41,471 bases of DNA, taken from Fibrobacteria bacterium (GTDB lineage: Bacteria > Fibrobacterota > Fibrobacteria > UBA11236). Location: the NCBI GenBank assembly GCA_041746255.1, contig JBGTHM010000001.1:1-41471 (forward strand). The letters run 5' to 3'. The translations under genes were made by a program, and so were the position numbers. Positions 19,169 through 29,333 of the stretch are shown piece after piece (position 1 is the first letter of the stretch; each line of letters opens with the position of its first letter). The notes beneath the pieces were generated by a model. That model was not told the DNA's origin and made no database searches. It was given only the letters and a program-made list of their open reading frames with translations.

Positions 19169-20703
19169 TGCAACACCAATTTTAAAATTCGCCGCGTCCC
19201 ATCGCCTATTCTATGAAATTCTGAAAGGCCATAACCAGGAACCCATATCACTCTATCGCTTGTACACAACAGAGGCAAGGCATCGCGTTCCCGCAAGGGC
19301 ACCTTTTTTTCGTTGAAAAACGCCTTTAGTTTCCGGGAATGGCTGGAAATACCCAGCGGCGAAAATTTATCTCCCCTTTTTCTGGTTCTAATTCTTAATC
19401 TACAAGATAATAAGTCGGCATCAAAGAGCGCAATCGGCTCCCCGGCACCGGGAAAATCGGGGTTTGCGGGGATCGGATGAGTCTGCGGATAATACCAAGC
19501 GCATAGATTAAAAGTCCGGCCTCCCCACGACCCTTTCAAGGGGCCTTCGGCGGGGTCCCAACCCCACTCCGGAAATTGCGAAACTTCTCCTGCGGGATGG
19601 TCGGGACGAAAAGCACAGAAAAGGCCTGCCTTTTCAGCCTGGAACTGCCAATAAGCGTTTAAGTTGACTTTCAGGCCCCTGATCCCGCTTTCTCCCTGCC
19701 TTCGCAACTCATCCAGTATTTTCTGTGTGACCCCGCGGGGGGGCAGCCTTTCCGGGGTGGCGTCCGGCGACCCTACCCGAGCCGCGGCGAGTAAATCCTC
19801 CAGGGCCGGCTTCAAGCTCTCGGAATGCGGGAGGGCATTCTCCACGCTTTTCCAGGGTAAATAAGGCCGACCTATTTCATCTTTCTCAATTTCGAGGACA
19901 GGGAACAAAGCTTGCATGCGCGGCCACAAATCTTGCACCGTAAAAGCGATACGCGCCACCTGTTCATTGAGTTGGGGGTTTTGCTCCCGCCATTTTGGCA
20001 TCAAATGCAACCGATACCGATTCCGTTCGATGCGCACATCCCGGTTCGAGTCGTCCTCCCGCCACGGAGTTTGCGTCAGGTCCAGATATTGCCTGATCTC
20101 GGCGCGGGTCCGATTGAGAAAAGGTCGGATAATCCGATTTTCACGGCAAAAGGGAATGCCCTGTAATCCCTTGAAACCCGTACCCCGACCCAACCTTTGC
20201 AAAACCGTCTCCACCAAATCGTCCCGATGGTGGGCGGTAAGAATAAAATCGGACCCCGTATCCCGAGCCGCCTCTGCAAAACAGCGGTAGCGCTCTTCCC
20301 GAGCCCACATCTCCACCGATTGCCGGGCGGCGCGCCGGTGGGGGTGAATGCGCTTCACCGTACAACCCATTCCTGCCTCCGAACAATAGCGGATAACCAG
20401 CCGCATATCCTCATCCGCTTCGGGCCGCAAACCATGGTGAATATGCAATACCGAAAGTTGGGAGGCTGGGCGGAATCGACCGGAAAAATAGCGAAGCATG
20501 GCCATGGAATCGGCTCCACCCGAAACGGCAAGTAACAAGGCCTTGCCTTCGGGGTGGAATTTTCTTTCCGCCAGGAAAGCGGACGTGGGTTCTTCCCAGG
20601 CCTCAACCGTGCTGATGGGGATTGGGCGGGGCAATGGGGCTTCCCTGGATGACCCAGGCTCCTTCGATTCGCCGACGGAAAAAACAGGAGCGGAATCCTT
20701 CAT
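19153..20703 (-). CDS. tilS: tRNA(Ile)-lysidine synthase; start uncertain (ATG 20703 or TTG 20634)
   Basis: [10 protein letters not shown]-loop, HIHHGLR, AREERY, TAHHRDD..ET, EDDSN, RNRYR and C-terminal R..GD.F...RKLK motifs; upstream of ftsH. Confidence 0.94.
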   Translation of the reverse strand: MKDSAPVFSVGESKEPGSSREAPLPRPIPISTVEAWEEPTSAFLAERKFHPEGKALLLAVSGGADSMAMLRYFSGRFRPASQLSVLHIHHGLRPEADEDMRLVIRYCSEAGMGCTVKRIHPHRRAARQSVEMWAREERYRCFAEAARDTGSDFILTAHHRDDLVETVLQRLGRGTGFKGLQGIPFCRENRIIRPFLNRTRAEIRQYLDLTQTPWREDDSNRDVRIERNRYRLHLMPKWREQNPQLNEQVARIAFTVQDLWPRMQALFPVLEIEKDEIGRPYLPWKSVENALPHSESLKPALEDLLAAARVGSPDATPERLPPRGVTQKILDELRRQGESGIRGLKVNLNAYWQFQAEKAGLFCAFRPDHPAGEVSQFPEWGWDPAEGPLKGSWGGRTFNLCAWYYPQTHPIPANPDFPGAGEPIALFDADLLSCRLRIRTRKRGDKFSPLGISSHSRKLKAFFNEKKVPLRERDALPLLCTSDRVIWVPGYGLSEFHRIGDGTRRILKLVLQWENQ

Positions 20704-21022
20704 GGCAGGCCGCCCCGTCTCCCTCTTGCACGACTTTGAACAACAAAGCGTCGCCGTCGCAGTCGATATGCGCCGAAACCACTTTTTGCCGATTGCCCGA
20801 GGTTTCGCCTTTCAACCACAGGGATTGCCGCGAGCGTGACCAATAAGTCATATAACCCGTGTCGAGAGTAAGACGCAGCGATTCGGCGTTCATATAGGCC
20901 AACATCAGCACTTCACCGTCGGCCTCATCCACGGCTAGAGCCGTAACCAGCCCTTGCGCATCGAATTTCACCGAATGCAGCAAATCATCCCAGGATGGGT
21001 CGGACAAGGCGCCGCCGCTCAT
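20603..21022 (-). CDS. hisI: Phosphoribosyl-AMP cyclohydrolase
   Basis: [31 protein letters not shown] and ACH.G..SCF motifs. The ATG at 21022 overlaps the proA stop (ATGA); the longer track ORF extends into proA. Confidence 0.95.
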   Translation of the reverse strand: MSGGALSDPSWDDLLHSVKFDAQGLVTALAVDEADGEVLMLAYMNAESLRLTLDTGYMTYWSRSRQSLWLKGETSGNRQKVVSAHIDCDGDALLFKVVQEGDGAACHEGFRSCFFRRRIEGAWVIQGSPIAPPNPHQHG

Positions 21023-22323
21023 TTGCGCACATGCCCTTTCCCGGTGACCACCCAGCGGTAGGTGGTCAGGCTTTCCATTCCCATGGGACCGCGAGCGTGC
21101 AATTTGTCGGTACTGATGCCGACCTCGGCTCCCAAACCATACTCGCCCCCATCGGCGAAACGCGTCGAGGCGTTCACCATCACCGAGGAGCTGTCGACGC
21201 CTTCCAGGAAAATTTTTTGCGCCTTGGCCGACTTCGCCACGATGGCGTCGGTATGGCCCGTGCCGTGCTTCCGGATATGCTCGACCGCGCCTTCCACTCC
21301 GTCCACGGATCGTACCGCGAGTACGAGGTCGAGGTATTCCTCGTCCCAATCCGATTCTGAAGCGGCCTTCACTCCCGGCAGCAACTTGCGCGTTACGGAG
21401 TCGCCGCGCAACTCCACTCCAGCGGCGGCCAACTTTTCCAGCAAGCTCCGCATTCTCTCCGGCTTTAAACGCTTGTCCCATAAAAGGGTTTCCATGGCGT
21501 TGCATACGCCGGGCCGCTGCACCTTGGCATTGAGCGCGATTTCCTCGGCCTGGACCGGATCGGAGGTGGCGTCCAGGTAAACATGGCAGACGCCTTTATA
21601 ATGTTTGATAACCGGCACCCGCGCTTTTTCCGTCACAGCCCGAATCAGGTTCTCGCCGCCCCGGGGAATGACCAGATCGATATGCCGGATATCGGCCAAT
21701 AGCGCGTCGACCACTTCCCGCGCCGGAGTGTTCACCAGCTGCACGGCGTCGGTTGTCACGCCTTCGGCCTTGAGGGCCTTGTGGAAAAGGGATGCCAAGG
21801 CGGCATTGCTGCGCGCGGCCTCTTTTCCGCCGCGGAGGATTACCGCATTCCCGCTTTTGAAGCATAGCGCGCCGCCGTCCACCGTGACATTGGGACGCGA
21901 TTCGAAAATGAAGAAAATCGTGCCGATGGGCGCGGCTACGCGGGCGATTTCCAGGCCGTCCTTGCGTACCTTGCGATCCAATTCCCGGCCCAGGGGATCG
22001 GGAAAGGCGATAATGCTTTTCAGGCCATCGGCCATGGAGGCGATACGTTTTTCGTTCAGCAACAGGCGATCGAGCAGGGCCTCGCTTAGGCCTGCGACGC
22101 GCCCCGCTTCCACGTCGAGGGCGTTTTCACGCAATATGATTTTTTGATTGTCGAGCAGAGAAGCGCGCAGGCGTTTCAGCACCGCGTTGCGTTTAGCGGC
22201 GCTGAGATTCCGCACGGCGACGGCCGCCGCCCGGCTTTTCAGCCCCAGGGAACGCGCATAGGCTTCCGTGGAGGGCTGCGCGGTTTTCGCGCGAGGGGGT
22301 TTCAAAGTTTCTGTAGTAAGCAT
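21019..22323 (-). CDS. proA: Gamma-glutamyl phosphate reductase
   Basis: [42 protein letters not shown] and [12 protein letters not shown] motifs. Confidence 0.98.
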   Translation of the reverse strand: MLTTETLKPPRAKTAQPSTEAYARSLGLKSRAAAVAVRNLSAAKRNAVLKRLRASLLDNQKIILRENALDVEAGRVAGLSEALLDRLLLNEKRIASMADGLKSIIAFPDPLGRELDRKVRKDGLEIARVAAPIGTIFFIFESRPNVTVDGGALCFKSGNAVILRGGKEAARSNAALASLFHKALKAEGVTTDAVQLVNTPAREVVDALLADIRHIDLVIPRGGENLIRAVTEKARVPVIKHYKGVCHVYLDATSDPVQAEEIALNAKVQRPGVCNAMETLLWDKRLKPERMRSLLEKLAAAGVELRGDSVTRKLLPGVKAASESDWDEEYLDLVLAVRSVDGVEGAVEHIRKHGTGHTDAIVAKSAKAQKIFLEGVDSSSVMVNASTRFADGGEYGLGAEVGISTDKLHARGPMGMESLTTYRWVVTGKGHVRK

Positions 22324-22443
22324 GGCGGTAATCCTGAATCCGGTTTAGCCGAGTCGTTTGTGGGCCGGAGCAAGGATCCGGAACCCACCTGCGGCGGAGA
22401 TTTACAGAAAATAAGATATTCCCGGCCCGTCGCCGTGGCGTAG

Positions 22444-23574
22444 TTAAAAAATGACCAGTTGGTCGCGGTGGATGACTTCTTCGGGACCCTTGCGGCCCAG
22501 GATTTCGGGAATCAGACCGCTTTTTTTCCCTCGGATTTTTTCCACGTCGGAAGCCGAATAGGCGGTACGGCCCCGTCCAATAACCTCGCGATTCGGGTTC
22601 AGGATTTCCACGAAATCACCCGCGACGAAATTGCCCTTTATCTTGAGGATACCCGCCGGTAAAAGGCTCACCTTGCGGGTGAGCAGCGCCTTCTCACCTC
22701 CGGCGTCCACTCCGATTTGTCCCTTGGGCTTGGAAACGAAGGCCATCCAGCGCTTATTGTTGCGAATACGGGCCGAGTTGGGCAAAAAAAGCGTACCGAC
22801 GGTCTTTCCCCGCACCAATTCCAACAACAGGGCGTCGGTGCCTTTGGTCAAAACGGCCGGGGTTCCGGCCTCGGTTGCCTGTTGCAGCGCCCGCAACTTG
22901 GCGCGCATGCCTCCCACGCTGACTCCGCTTCCCGGCGCGGCCCCTCCCAGTTTAAGTATCTCTGGTGTTACCTTGGGAACAATGGCTATCGGCTGCGCGT
23001 CCGGATGCTGCTTGGGATTGCGGGTGTAGAGCCCGTCTTCATCCGAAAGAATAACCAACAAATCGGCATCGAGAAAATGGGCCACGTCGGCGCTGAGCTT
23101 GTCGTTATCGCCGACTTTGATCTCGTCCGTCGTAATGGTATCGTTTTCGTTTATAATGGGAATCACGCCCTTGGCCAAAAGGCTGTCGACGGTATTGCGG
23201 ATGTTATTGAAACGCGTACGATTGTGGAAATCTTCGGCCGAGAGCAGTATTTGCGCCACGACCTTGCCCCGCTTGGCGAACAGGTCTTCGTAAAGGTGCA
23301 TGAGCCGCACCTGTCCTACGGCGGCGCAGGCCTGTTTCTCCGGTAGCCGCGAGGGCCGTACTTTATAGCCCAACGCGCCCATCCCCAATCCCACCGCGCC
23401 GGAACTGACGAGAACCAGCGCATGGCCCCCATCTTGCAGTCTGCAGATTTCGCTTACCAGGTGCTTTAGATAGACGGTATTGGGGGTATTATCATCGTTG
23501 CATAAAAGCCGGGTGCCCACCTTGACCACCAGGCGTTTGATGTCGGCGAATACCTTCTTACGGAGATCTTCCAT
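22444..23574 (-). CDS. proB: Glutamate 5-kinase with PUA domain
   Basis: VVKVGT, VSSGAV, AAVGQ, PIINEND, GDND.L and GGM..K motifs; PUA domain ending VIHRD. Start placed at ATG 23574. Confidence 0.97.
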   Translation of the reverse strand: MEDLRKKVFADIKRLVVKVGTRLLCNDDNTPNTVYLKHLVSEICRLQDGGHALVLVSSGAVGLGMGALGYKVRPSRLPEKQACAAVGQVRLMHLYEDLFAKRGKVVAQILLSAEDFHNRTRFNNIRNTVDSLLAKGVIPIINENDTITTDEIKVGDNDKLSADVAHFLDADLLVILSDEDGLYTRNPKQHPDAQPIAIVPKVTPEILKLGGAAPGSGVSVGGMRAKLRALQQATEAGTPAVLTKGTDALLLELVRGKTVGTLFLPNSARIRNNKRWMAFVSKPKGQIGVDAGGEKALLTRKVSLLPAGILKIKGNFVAGDFVEILNPNREVIGRGRTAYSASDVEKIRGKKSGLIPEILGRKGPEEVIHRDQLVIF

Positions 23575-23606
23575 GAGGGGCAAGAATGTAGCTATTCCCG
23601 CCGGGG

Positions 23607-23903
23607 TTACTGTACTTTTTCCAACTCACGGATAAGTCGTTTATACCGGGCGTTCTCGGCCTGTAAACGTTCCACTTCCTGCCTGAGGAGATTAATCTCG
23701 TCCTCAACTTCTCTGGAGGCTGGAACGGTATCAGTCAAAGCGACTGCACTCCTTTCCGAAATCCCCGGATCGGCCTGGGTTTCCCGTTCGGATTCCACGA
23801 ACGCGTCCGGAGGGGTTCGCAGCGGTGGGGAAACCTTGGCTGCACAGCCCGTCAAAAGGAGGGCCAACGCCGTTCCGGCACAGCTTCTCCCTAACCCGCT
23901 CAT
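23607..23903 (-). CDS. Small lipoprotein with C-terminal coiled coil
   Basis: Lipobox LLLTG-C and heptad EINLLRQEVERLQAENARYK. The ATG at 23903 overlaps the upstream stop (TAATG). Confidence 0.7.
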   Translation of the reverse strand: MSGLGRSCAGTALALLLTGCAAKVSPPLRTPPDAFVESERETQADPGISERSAVALTDTVPASREVEDEINLLRQEVERLQAENARYKRLIRELEKVQ

Positions 23904-25006
23904 TATTCCTTCTCCCATGTCCGCTCCCAAATTCCGCTGGAGCGGACAATATCAATCATCTGATCCTTTTCATCAATGTAATTCTCGGTCACCGGTTCGC
24001 GGATCTCCTTAAGCCTTTGGGTGACCGTATGGATGCGCTGAACCTCGTCCATGATGGAGGAGAGTTTGGACTTTACCCCATCGGAAGCTCCCTCCAGGGT
24101 CGCGGCCAAAAATTCCGCATTGGCGCTGATAATCATCAGGGGGTTGTTGATTTCGTGATTCACACTGCGCACGATCTGGTTTATCGCCTCCAAGCGTTTG
24201 AGCCGACCGTCGGATGCATGATGGTCCTGCAATTGCAGCGACATTTTATTGAATACCGAGGCCAGACGGCCGATTTCATTTTCCACCGGAACGAAGGCCT
24301 GATACCCGAGATTCCCCGTGCCCAATTCCACCGCTCCCTTTTCCAAGGTCTTGAGCGGTCCGAGAATCTTCCACTTGAGCACCACTCCCACATACGCCAG
24401 CATCACCACCAACAAAAGCAGAGTATAGCCCACTTTCGACCCGGCCGCTTCGATCGAGGCGGATAGCAGGGCGAGCTTGGCCGTGCGGTCGGTACGCATG
24501 CCGTCCTGCAAAGCGAAAAATCCCTCGCGGATTTCCTGCTCCCAAACCTTCAACCGATCGTTGATGCTCCCGTCCATGCGGAATTGCCTGCCACCCCTGG
24601 AGCCGGAACCGGCCGCCTGGGAAGAACGGGAGAGTATCAGGTATTGGGACATTTTATCCTGCAATGCCAGCCAACTTTCGGTGCTCTGCAAATTTCCGGA
24701 AATCCCCGCCGTATTGATTTGGCGCCAGCGTGCATCCAATTCCTCCACCGAAATCTGGAATCTCCGGAAATGGTGCTCCGTTCCCAGGGCGGAATACTTG
24801 GTTCTTTCGCGCGCTGTTACGGAAAGTGCCGAAATGGTGGTCGCCAATAGGTCGCCCGATTCTGCCGTAGCGCCCAATTCACGGGTTTGACTGTCGATGG
24901 TATTCATCTGATGCAATACCGCCAGCAAGAAAGCCAGAATGCCGATAAAGGCGGCCAGAGCCACCGCAGGCATTTGAAATTGCAAACTATGTAACCATTG
25001 TCGCAT
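23903..25006 (-). CDS. Membrane sensor with HAMP and HisKA (DHp) domains, lacking HATPase_c
   Basis: Two TM helices around a helical periplasmic domain, HAMP (PLKTL..GA..LG.G...NEIGRLA..FNKM) and H-box VNHEINNPL. No N/G1/F/G2 boxes before the stop. Confidence 0.85.
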   Translation of the reverse strand: MRQWLHSLQFQMPAVALAAFIGILAFLLAVLHQMNTIDSQTRELGATAESGDLLATTISALSVTARERTKYSALGTEHHFRRFQISVEELDARWRQINTAGISGNLQSTESWLALQDKMSQYLILSRSSQAAGSGSRGGRQFRMDGSINDRLKVWEQEIREGFFALQDGMRTDRTAKLALLSASIEAAGSKVGYTLLLLVVMLAYVGVVLKWKILGPLKTLEKGAVELGTGNLGYQAFVPVENEIGRLASVFNKMSLQLQDHHASDGRLKRLEAINQIVRSVNHEINNPLMIISANAEFLAATLEGASDGVKSKLSSIMDEVQRIHTVTQRLKEIREPVTENYIDEKDQMIDIVRSSGIWERTWEKE

Positions 25007-25037
25007 TTACTACCTTCGCACTCCCGGGAGGACGATT

Positions 25038-26735
25038 TTGCCCATTTCGACCCAATATCATCTTAAGGGTTGGTGGGGGGAAAGCACAAGGCGGAAATTA
25101 CCCTTTTGTGGCTTTGCAGCCTGGATTCCGCTCCTATTAGCGCTCAATATCCCCGCTCAAACCGAAACACCGGCCGTTGCGCTATTCCTCGACGCTTTGG
25201 AAGACCGGCGCTTGGAAGGCCGGCTATCCGAAGCACAATTCACGGCTCTTTCCCTGGAACTGGATGAGTCCTTCGACTGCCCATCGCTAAGGGCGCTCGC
25301 CCTGGAATGGGATCAATCGGCGGTGGATGAGGCCGTCGCTCAGGCCTGCCTGGAATCCCACCTGGTACCCGTCGTTCCCACCGCGCCCAAGCCCAAATCG
25401 ATACGTGCCCAGTGGACCCAGGCTCTTTACCCCCAAGCGCCGGACCGCGACGGGTTTGCACTCACCGCCGACGCCCACTACGCCGACTTTCGGGTGGGCG
25501 GGGCGTTTCGGGATACCGCCTTGGTTCGCCGGTATGTCGAAGCCGGCTTTGGTTTTGCTTCGGGTAACCGGATTAGCCTGCACGCGGGTAACTTGCAATA
25601 TACCCTACCCGATATGCGTATCGCCCTGGTATCCGGTAGAAGAGCTCCGGCTGGACTAAGATACCGCGAGGGCCCCGCTCTGCTTTTCGCCTCGCATCCG
25701 GGAATGAATGGATTGGGTGTGGGGTTCACCGGAAAAAAGGCGACCGCCGCCGCCCATGCCTCCTGGAACAAAGCCTATCGGGGTCAAGAACGCGTCGACC
25801 TCTTGCAATACGGAGCGGGCGCACGGCTAGATGGAGAAACCATCAGTCTCACCGCGCAAAATCTGCTCGTGCGTTATGAAACCGACAACGGAAGAGCATC
25901 CGATTATTGGATAGGGGGGCTGGAAGGAAGGGAGCGGAAAGACAAATTTCGTGCCGGACTGGGGTATACCTTTTCCCGGGATGGGGAAAGCCTAAGCGGA
26001 CCGGAAAGCCGTCTGGGTTTTGTTGCCGAGGCGGAGGTCAAACACAAGGGGTCGCAACGCCGCCAGAATTCCCTACGGGTATTCCAGGCTACGCCGGATT
26101 GGGAAAACCCACTGGCTCCCGCCTGGTTGCGCTACCAGGACACGACCGCCAGCGGCTTTAAGGTGGCGGGATCCGGAGAAGGCGGTTTGGTTTTGCGCTC
26201 CCGGATTCCTCTTGGGGAGGCGAAAGGATCTCCTCTTTTGCAAGCCGATTCGGAATTAGGATGGCTATGGATGCGGCAGGATTGGCTCCGGCAAGGCTTT
26301 CGATTGGGGTTGGAACAAAAATGGGGCGCTTTCCAAACTCAGGCGGATTGGCGATGGGATCAAGCCCAAAATTGGAATGAGGATTTCTCGGGCGAGGATT
26401 TTAGCCACTGGACCCTCGGTGGCGGCACGCGCTACCGCGCGGAAAAATGGCGGGCGGCGTTGCGCTATTCCCACCGGGGAGAGGGTTATCGCGGCCTTTT
26501 CCCCCGATCGTTGCAAGGCGACATCGCCTGGCTCCGAAAAAACTCGGACGCCTTACGTTTGGGTTGGCAAACCGGAGACGTGCTAAAACCCCTATCGCGA
26601 AACCGGATTTATTTTTCGCAGGACTTCGACATTACCCCCGGATTGCGGCTGACGGGAATCGTCAGGGTCCCCTTGGCCGAAGGCTCCGTCGAAAAGTCCT
26701 TTTACTACCGCCTGCAAGTGCGCGCGTCTTATTAA
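25038..26735 (+). CDS. Hypothetical protein, probable outer-membrane beta-barrel
   Basis: TTG start after GGAGG, signal-like segment, many amphipathic aromatic/Gly strands, and a C-terminal beta-signal-like YYRLQVRASY. Confidence 0.6.
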   Translation: MPISTQYHLKGWWGESTRRKLPFCGFAAWIPLLLALNIPAQTETPAVALFLDALEDRRLEGRLSEAQFTALSLELDESFDCPSLRALALEWDQSAVDEAVAQACLESHLVPVVPTAPKPKSIRAQWTQALYPQAPDRDGFALTADAHYADFRVGGAFRDTALVRRYVEAGFGFASGNRISLHAGNLQYTLPDMRIALVSGRRAPAGLRYREGPALLFASHPGMNGLGVGFTGKKATAAAHASWNKAYRGQERVDLLQYGAGARLDGETISLTAQNLLVRYETDNGRASDYWIGGLEGRERKDKFRAGLGYTFSRDGESLSGPESRLGFVAEAEVKHKGSQRRQNSLRVFQATPDWENPLAPAWLRYQDTTASGFKVAGSGEGGLVLRSRIPLGEAKGSPLLQADSELGWLWMRQDWLRQGFRLGLEQKWGAFQTQADWRWDQAQNWNEDFSGEDFSHWTLGGGTRYRAEKWRAALRYSHRGEGYRGLFPRSLQGDIAWLRKNSDALRLGWQTGDVLKPLSRNRIYFSQDFDITPGLRLTGIVRVPLAEGSVEKSFYYRLQVRASY

Positions 26736-26758
26736 GGAAACCATCCCCGTTGTGGTTT

Positions 26759-28021
26759 TTATCCCCGCAACGACTCGGGTATGCGCTCGAATTGCAAAAT
26801 GGCCTCGAAAGTCTGACGTTCGCGAATGGTTTCCGCAACGCCCTTGTCTACCATCACCTCGGCCGCCAGCCGACGCGTATTATAGTTGGACGACATTACC
26901 GACCCATAGGCCCCGGCGTCGTGGAGGATGAGGTAGTCGCCGACCTGCGCCTCGGGAAGCTTACGGGTGGTCACCAAACCGCCTTCTTCTTGCGTGAAAA
27001 CGTCACAGGATTCACACAAGGGGCCGGCCACCACCGCTTCGACGCTGCCGGCCAGCTGGCGGCCGTCGCCCGCCGCGATGGAGATTTCGTGGTAAGCCCC
27101 GTACATGGCCGGGCGGATCAAAGTGTCGAAACCAGCGTCGACCAGGTAGAAGGCGTTCCCGCCCGTCACCTTGCGCGACCGGATTTGCGTGAGCAGAAAA
27201 CCGCTTTCGGCCACGAGGTAACGCCCAGGCTCGACCTCCAGCGAAACCGCATGCCCCAGTTCCGCTTCGATGGATTTGCGAGCCTTGTCCCATAATTCAT
27301 AATAGGCCCCGATTTCGATGCGCGGCTGTTCCTTGCGATAAGGAATGGGCAGCCCGCCCCCCGCGCTGATGACCTTGAGTTGCTTGCCCATGCGTTTGGC
27401 TGCGGCCACCATGGCGTCGCACACTTGCGACAGGTGGTGGAAATCGCTGCCGGATCCGATATGCATATGCAGCCCGACGATATGCACTCCCGCCTCACGC
27501 CCCAAACGCAGGCATTCCTCCAGGTCTTCGTGCCAGATTCCATGCTTCGACCATTCTCCGCCGGTATTCACCTTGCGGGAATGGCCATGGCCGAAGCCGG
27601 GATTGATGCGCAAAATGGCTTCGGCTCCGGGGCAGAAAGAACCCAATTGGGCGAGCATGTCGGGCGAACCGATATTGACGGGAATGCGATGCTCCCGAAT
27701 GAGGGCGATGGCATCCTCATCGAAAAGGTCGGCGGTGAATACAATACCCGGCTTTTCGGTACCCCCGGTAAATCCCGCTTTGAGGGCGCGCACAATCTCT
27801 CCCGCCGAAACGGCGTCGACCACCACGCCCAGGCGGCGCATCAAGGAAAGGATGGCCAGGTTGGAGTTGGCTTTTTGCGCGAAGCGAATGACGTCGAATT
27901 GCTTGAGTTCAGCCACGCGTTTTTCGATTACGGCGCGATCATAAATAAAGGTGGGCGTGCCGAAACGGCGGGCCAATTCCGGAATTTCCACCCCGGCGAT
28001 ATGAGAGAGTTGGTTTTGCAT
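26759..28021 (-). CDS. lysA: Diaminopimelate decarboxylase
   Basis: FAQKANSN (PLP Lys), HMHIGSG, GGG, EPGRYLVAE, GPLCES.D and GAYG..MSSNYN motifs. Confidence 0.96.
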   Translation of the reverse strand: MQNQLSHIAGVEIPELARRFGTPTFIYDRAVIEKRVAELKQFDVIRFAQKANSNLAILSLMRRLGVVVDAVSAGEIVRALKAGFTGGTEKPGIVFTADLFDEDAIALIREHRIPVNIGSPDMLAQLGSFCPGAEAILRINPGFGHGHSRKVNTGGEWSKHGIWHEDLEECLRLGREAGVHIVGLHMHIGSGSDFHHLSQVCDAMVAAAKRMGKQLKVISAGGGLPIPYRKEQPRIEIGAYYELWDKARKSIEAELGHAVSLEVEPGRYLVAESGFLLTQIRSRKVTGGNAFYLVDAGFDTLIRPAMYGAYHEISIAAGDGRQLAGSVEAVVAGPLCESCDVFTQEEGGLVTTRKLPEAQVGDYLILHDAGAYGSVMSSNYNTRRLAAEVMVDKGVAETIRERQTFEAILQFERIPESLRG

Positions 28022-28115
28022 GAGAAGCCTTGTTCCTGAGGGAATTCAAAGCTGGAAATATATTAAAGGAGTGGCGGTCGGGAGGTGGCGGTGGAGAGAC
28101 GCGGATGTGGGAAAC

Positions 28116-28301
28116 TTAAGCTTCCGTTTTTTCCGGGTCGGCGGGAGTCTGTTCCATCAGACCATACTGATGCATCAAAACATGTTCCAGTTTTTGCACC
28201 CAGTTATTGAGCGGCGCCTCCTGGCGCGACAGCTGGAAGAACAGGCTGAGGAAGAACACCCCTAGGCAGAAAGTAAGGAATGCCAAAAAAACGGTAAGCA
28301 T
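28116..28301 (-). CDS. Small single-TM hypothetical protein (61 aa)
   Basis: Fills the asd-lysA gap in the same orientation. Hydrophobic N-terminal helix; AGGG precedes the ATG. Confidence 0.5.
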   Translation of the reverse strand: MLTVFLAFLTFCLGVFFLSLFFQLSRQEAPLNNWVQKLEHVLMHQYGLMEQTPADPEKTEA

Positions 28302-28334
28302 ACCCCTATTTTGGCATGGATACGGTCGCTTTGG

Positions 28335-29333
28335 CTAGGGAAAGAGTTTCTCCGCGATTTGCACGGCGTTCAAGGCCGCGCCTTTGCGGATTTGGTCGCC
28401 CACCACCCAAAAATCAAGGGTATTGGGTTGGGAAGGGTCTTTGCGCAGACGTCCGACAAAAACCGGATCCTTGGAGGAGGCATCCATGGGCATCGCCCAG
28501 CGGTTATTCGCCCTGTCCTCTAAAATCTCCACTCCCTCGGCCGCATGTAAAATACCGTAGGCTTCTTCCACGCTGAAATCTTTGGCGAACTCGACGTTCA
28601 AAGCTTCGGAATGCGCGCGTAGCACCGGCACGCGCACGCAAGTCGCCGTAATGCGCAGCGAATCGTCATGGAAAATCTTGCGCGTCTCCTTGATCATTTT
28701 CATTTCTTCTTCGCAATAGCCCGTTTCGCCCATGGGCGAATTATGCGGAAAGAGGTTGAACGCATAAGGGTGGGGAATCACGGTGGGGGTGAATTCGCGC
28801 GCTTCGAGTTTGGCGGCGGTTTCCTGCAGCAACTCTTCCATGGCGGTGGCTCCCGCTCCGCTGGCGGCCTGATAGGTAGCGGCGACGATGCGGCGGATGC
28901 CGAAGCGCTTGTGCAAGGGCCAAAGGGGCAGCGCCATGATGATGGTCGAACAATTGGGATTGGCGATGATGCCTTTATGCTTGGCGATGTCCTCCGGGTT
29001 GACCTCGGGAATAACCAGCGGCACGCCTTCTTGCATGCGGAAATAGGAGGTGTTGTCGACCACCACCGCGCCCGCGGCCACCGCGGAAGGGGCGAACTCC
29101 TTGCTGATCTTGCCGCCGGCGGAAGCCAAAACCAATTGCACGTCTTTAAAGGAATCGTGGGTCAACTCCTCGACGGGATAGGATTCCCCCTGAAAAGTCA
29201 GGGAACGTCCGGCCGACCTTTTGCTTGCCAGCAAGGTCAATTTGCCCAGAGGAAACTTCCGTTCATTGAGCAAGGCCAGTAATTCCGTACCTACCGCGCC
29301 GGTGGCGCCCATAATGGCAACGTTGACACCCAT
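28335..29333 (-). CDS. asd: Aspartate-semialdehyde dehydrogenase
   Basis: GATGAVG, VVDNTS.FRM, ANPNCST, YQAASGAG, TCVRVPV..HSE and DQIRKGAALN motifs. ATG 29333 follows an AAGGA RBS. Confidence 0.97.
   Translation of the reverse strand: MGVNVAIMGATGAVGTELLALLNERKFPLGKLTLLASKRSAGRSLTFQGESYPVEELTHDSFKDVQLVLASAGGKISKEFAPSAVAAGAVVVDNTSYFRMQEGVPLVIPEVNPEDIAKHKGIIANPNCSTIIMALPLWPLHKRFGIRRIVAATYQAASGAGATAMEELLQETAAKLEAREFTPTVIPHPYAFNLFPHNSPMGETGYCEEEMKMIKETRKIFHDDSLRITATCVRVPVLRAHSEALNVEFAKDFSVEEAYGILHAAEGVEILEDRANNRWAMPMDASSKDPVFVGRLRKDPSQPNTLDFWVVGDQIRKGAALNAVQIAEKLFP

Noticed and set aside
21023..21505. 160-aa N-terminal extension of HisI in the ORF track
   Set aside because: It is an alternative frame inside proA. 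The ATG at 21022 overlaps the proA stop and gives a normal-length HisI.
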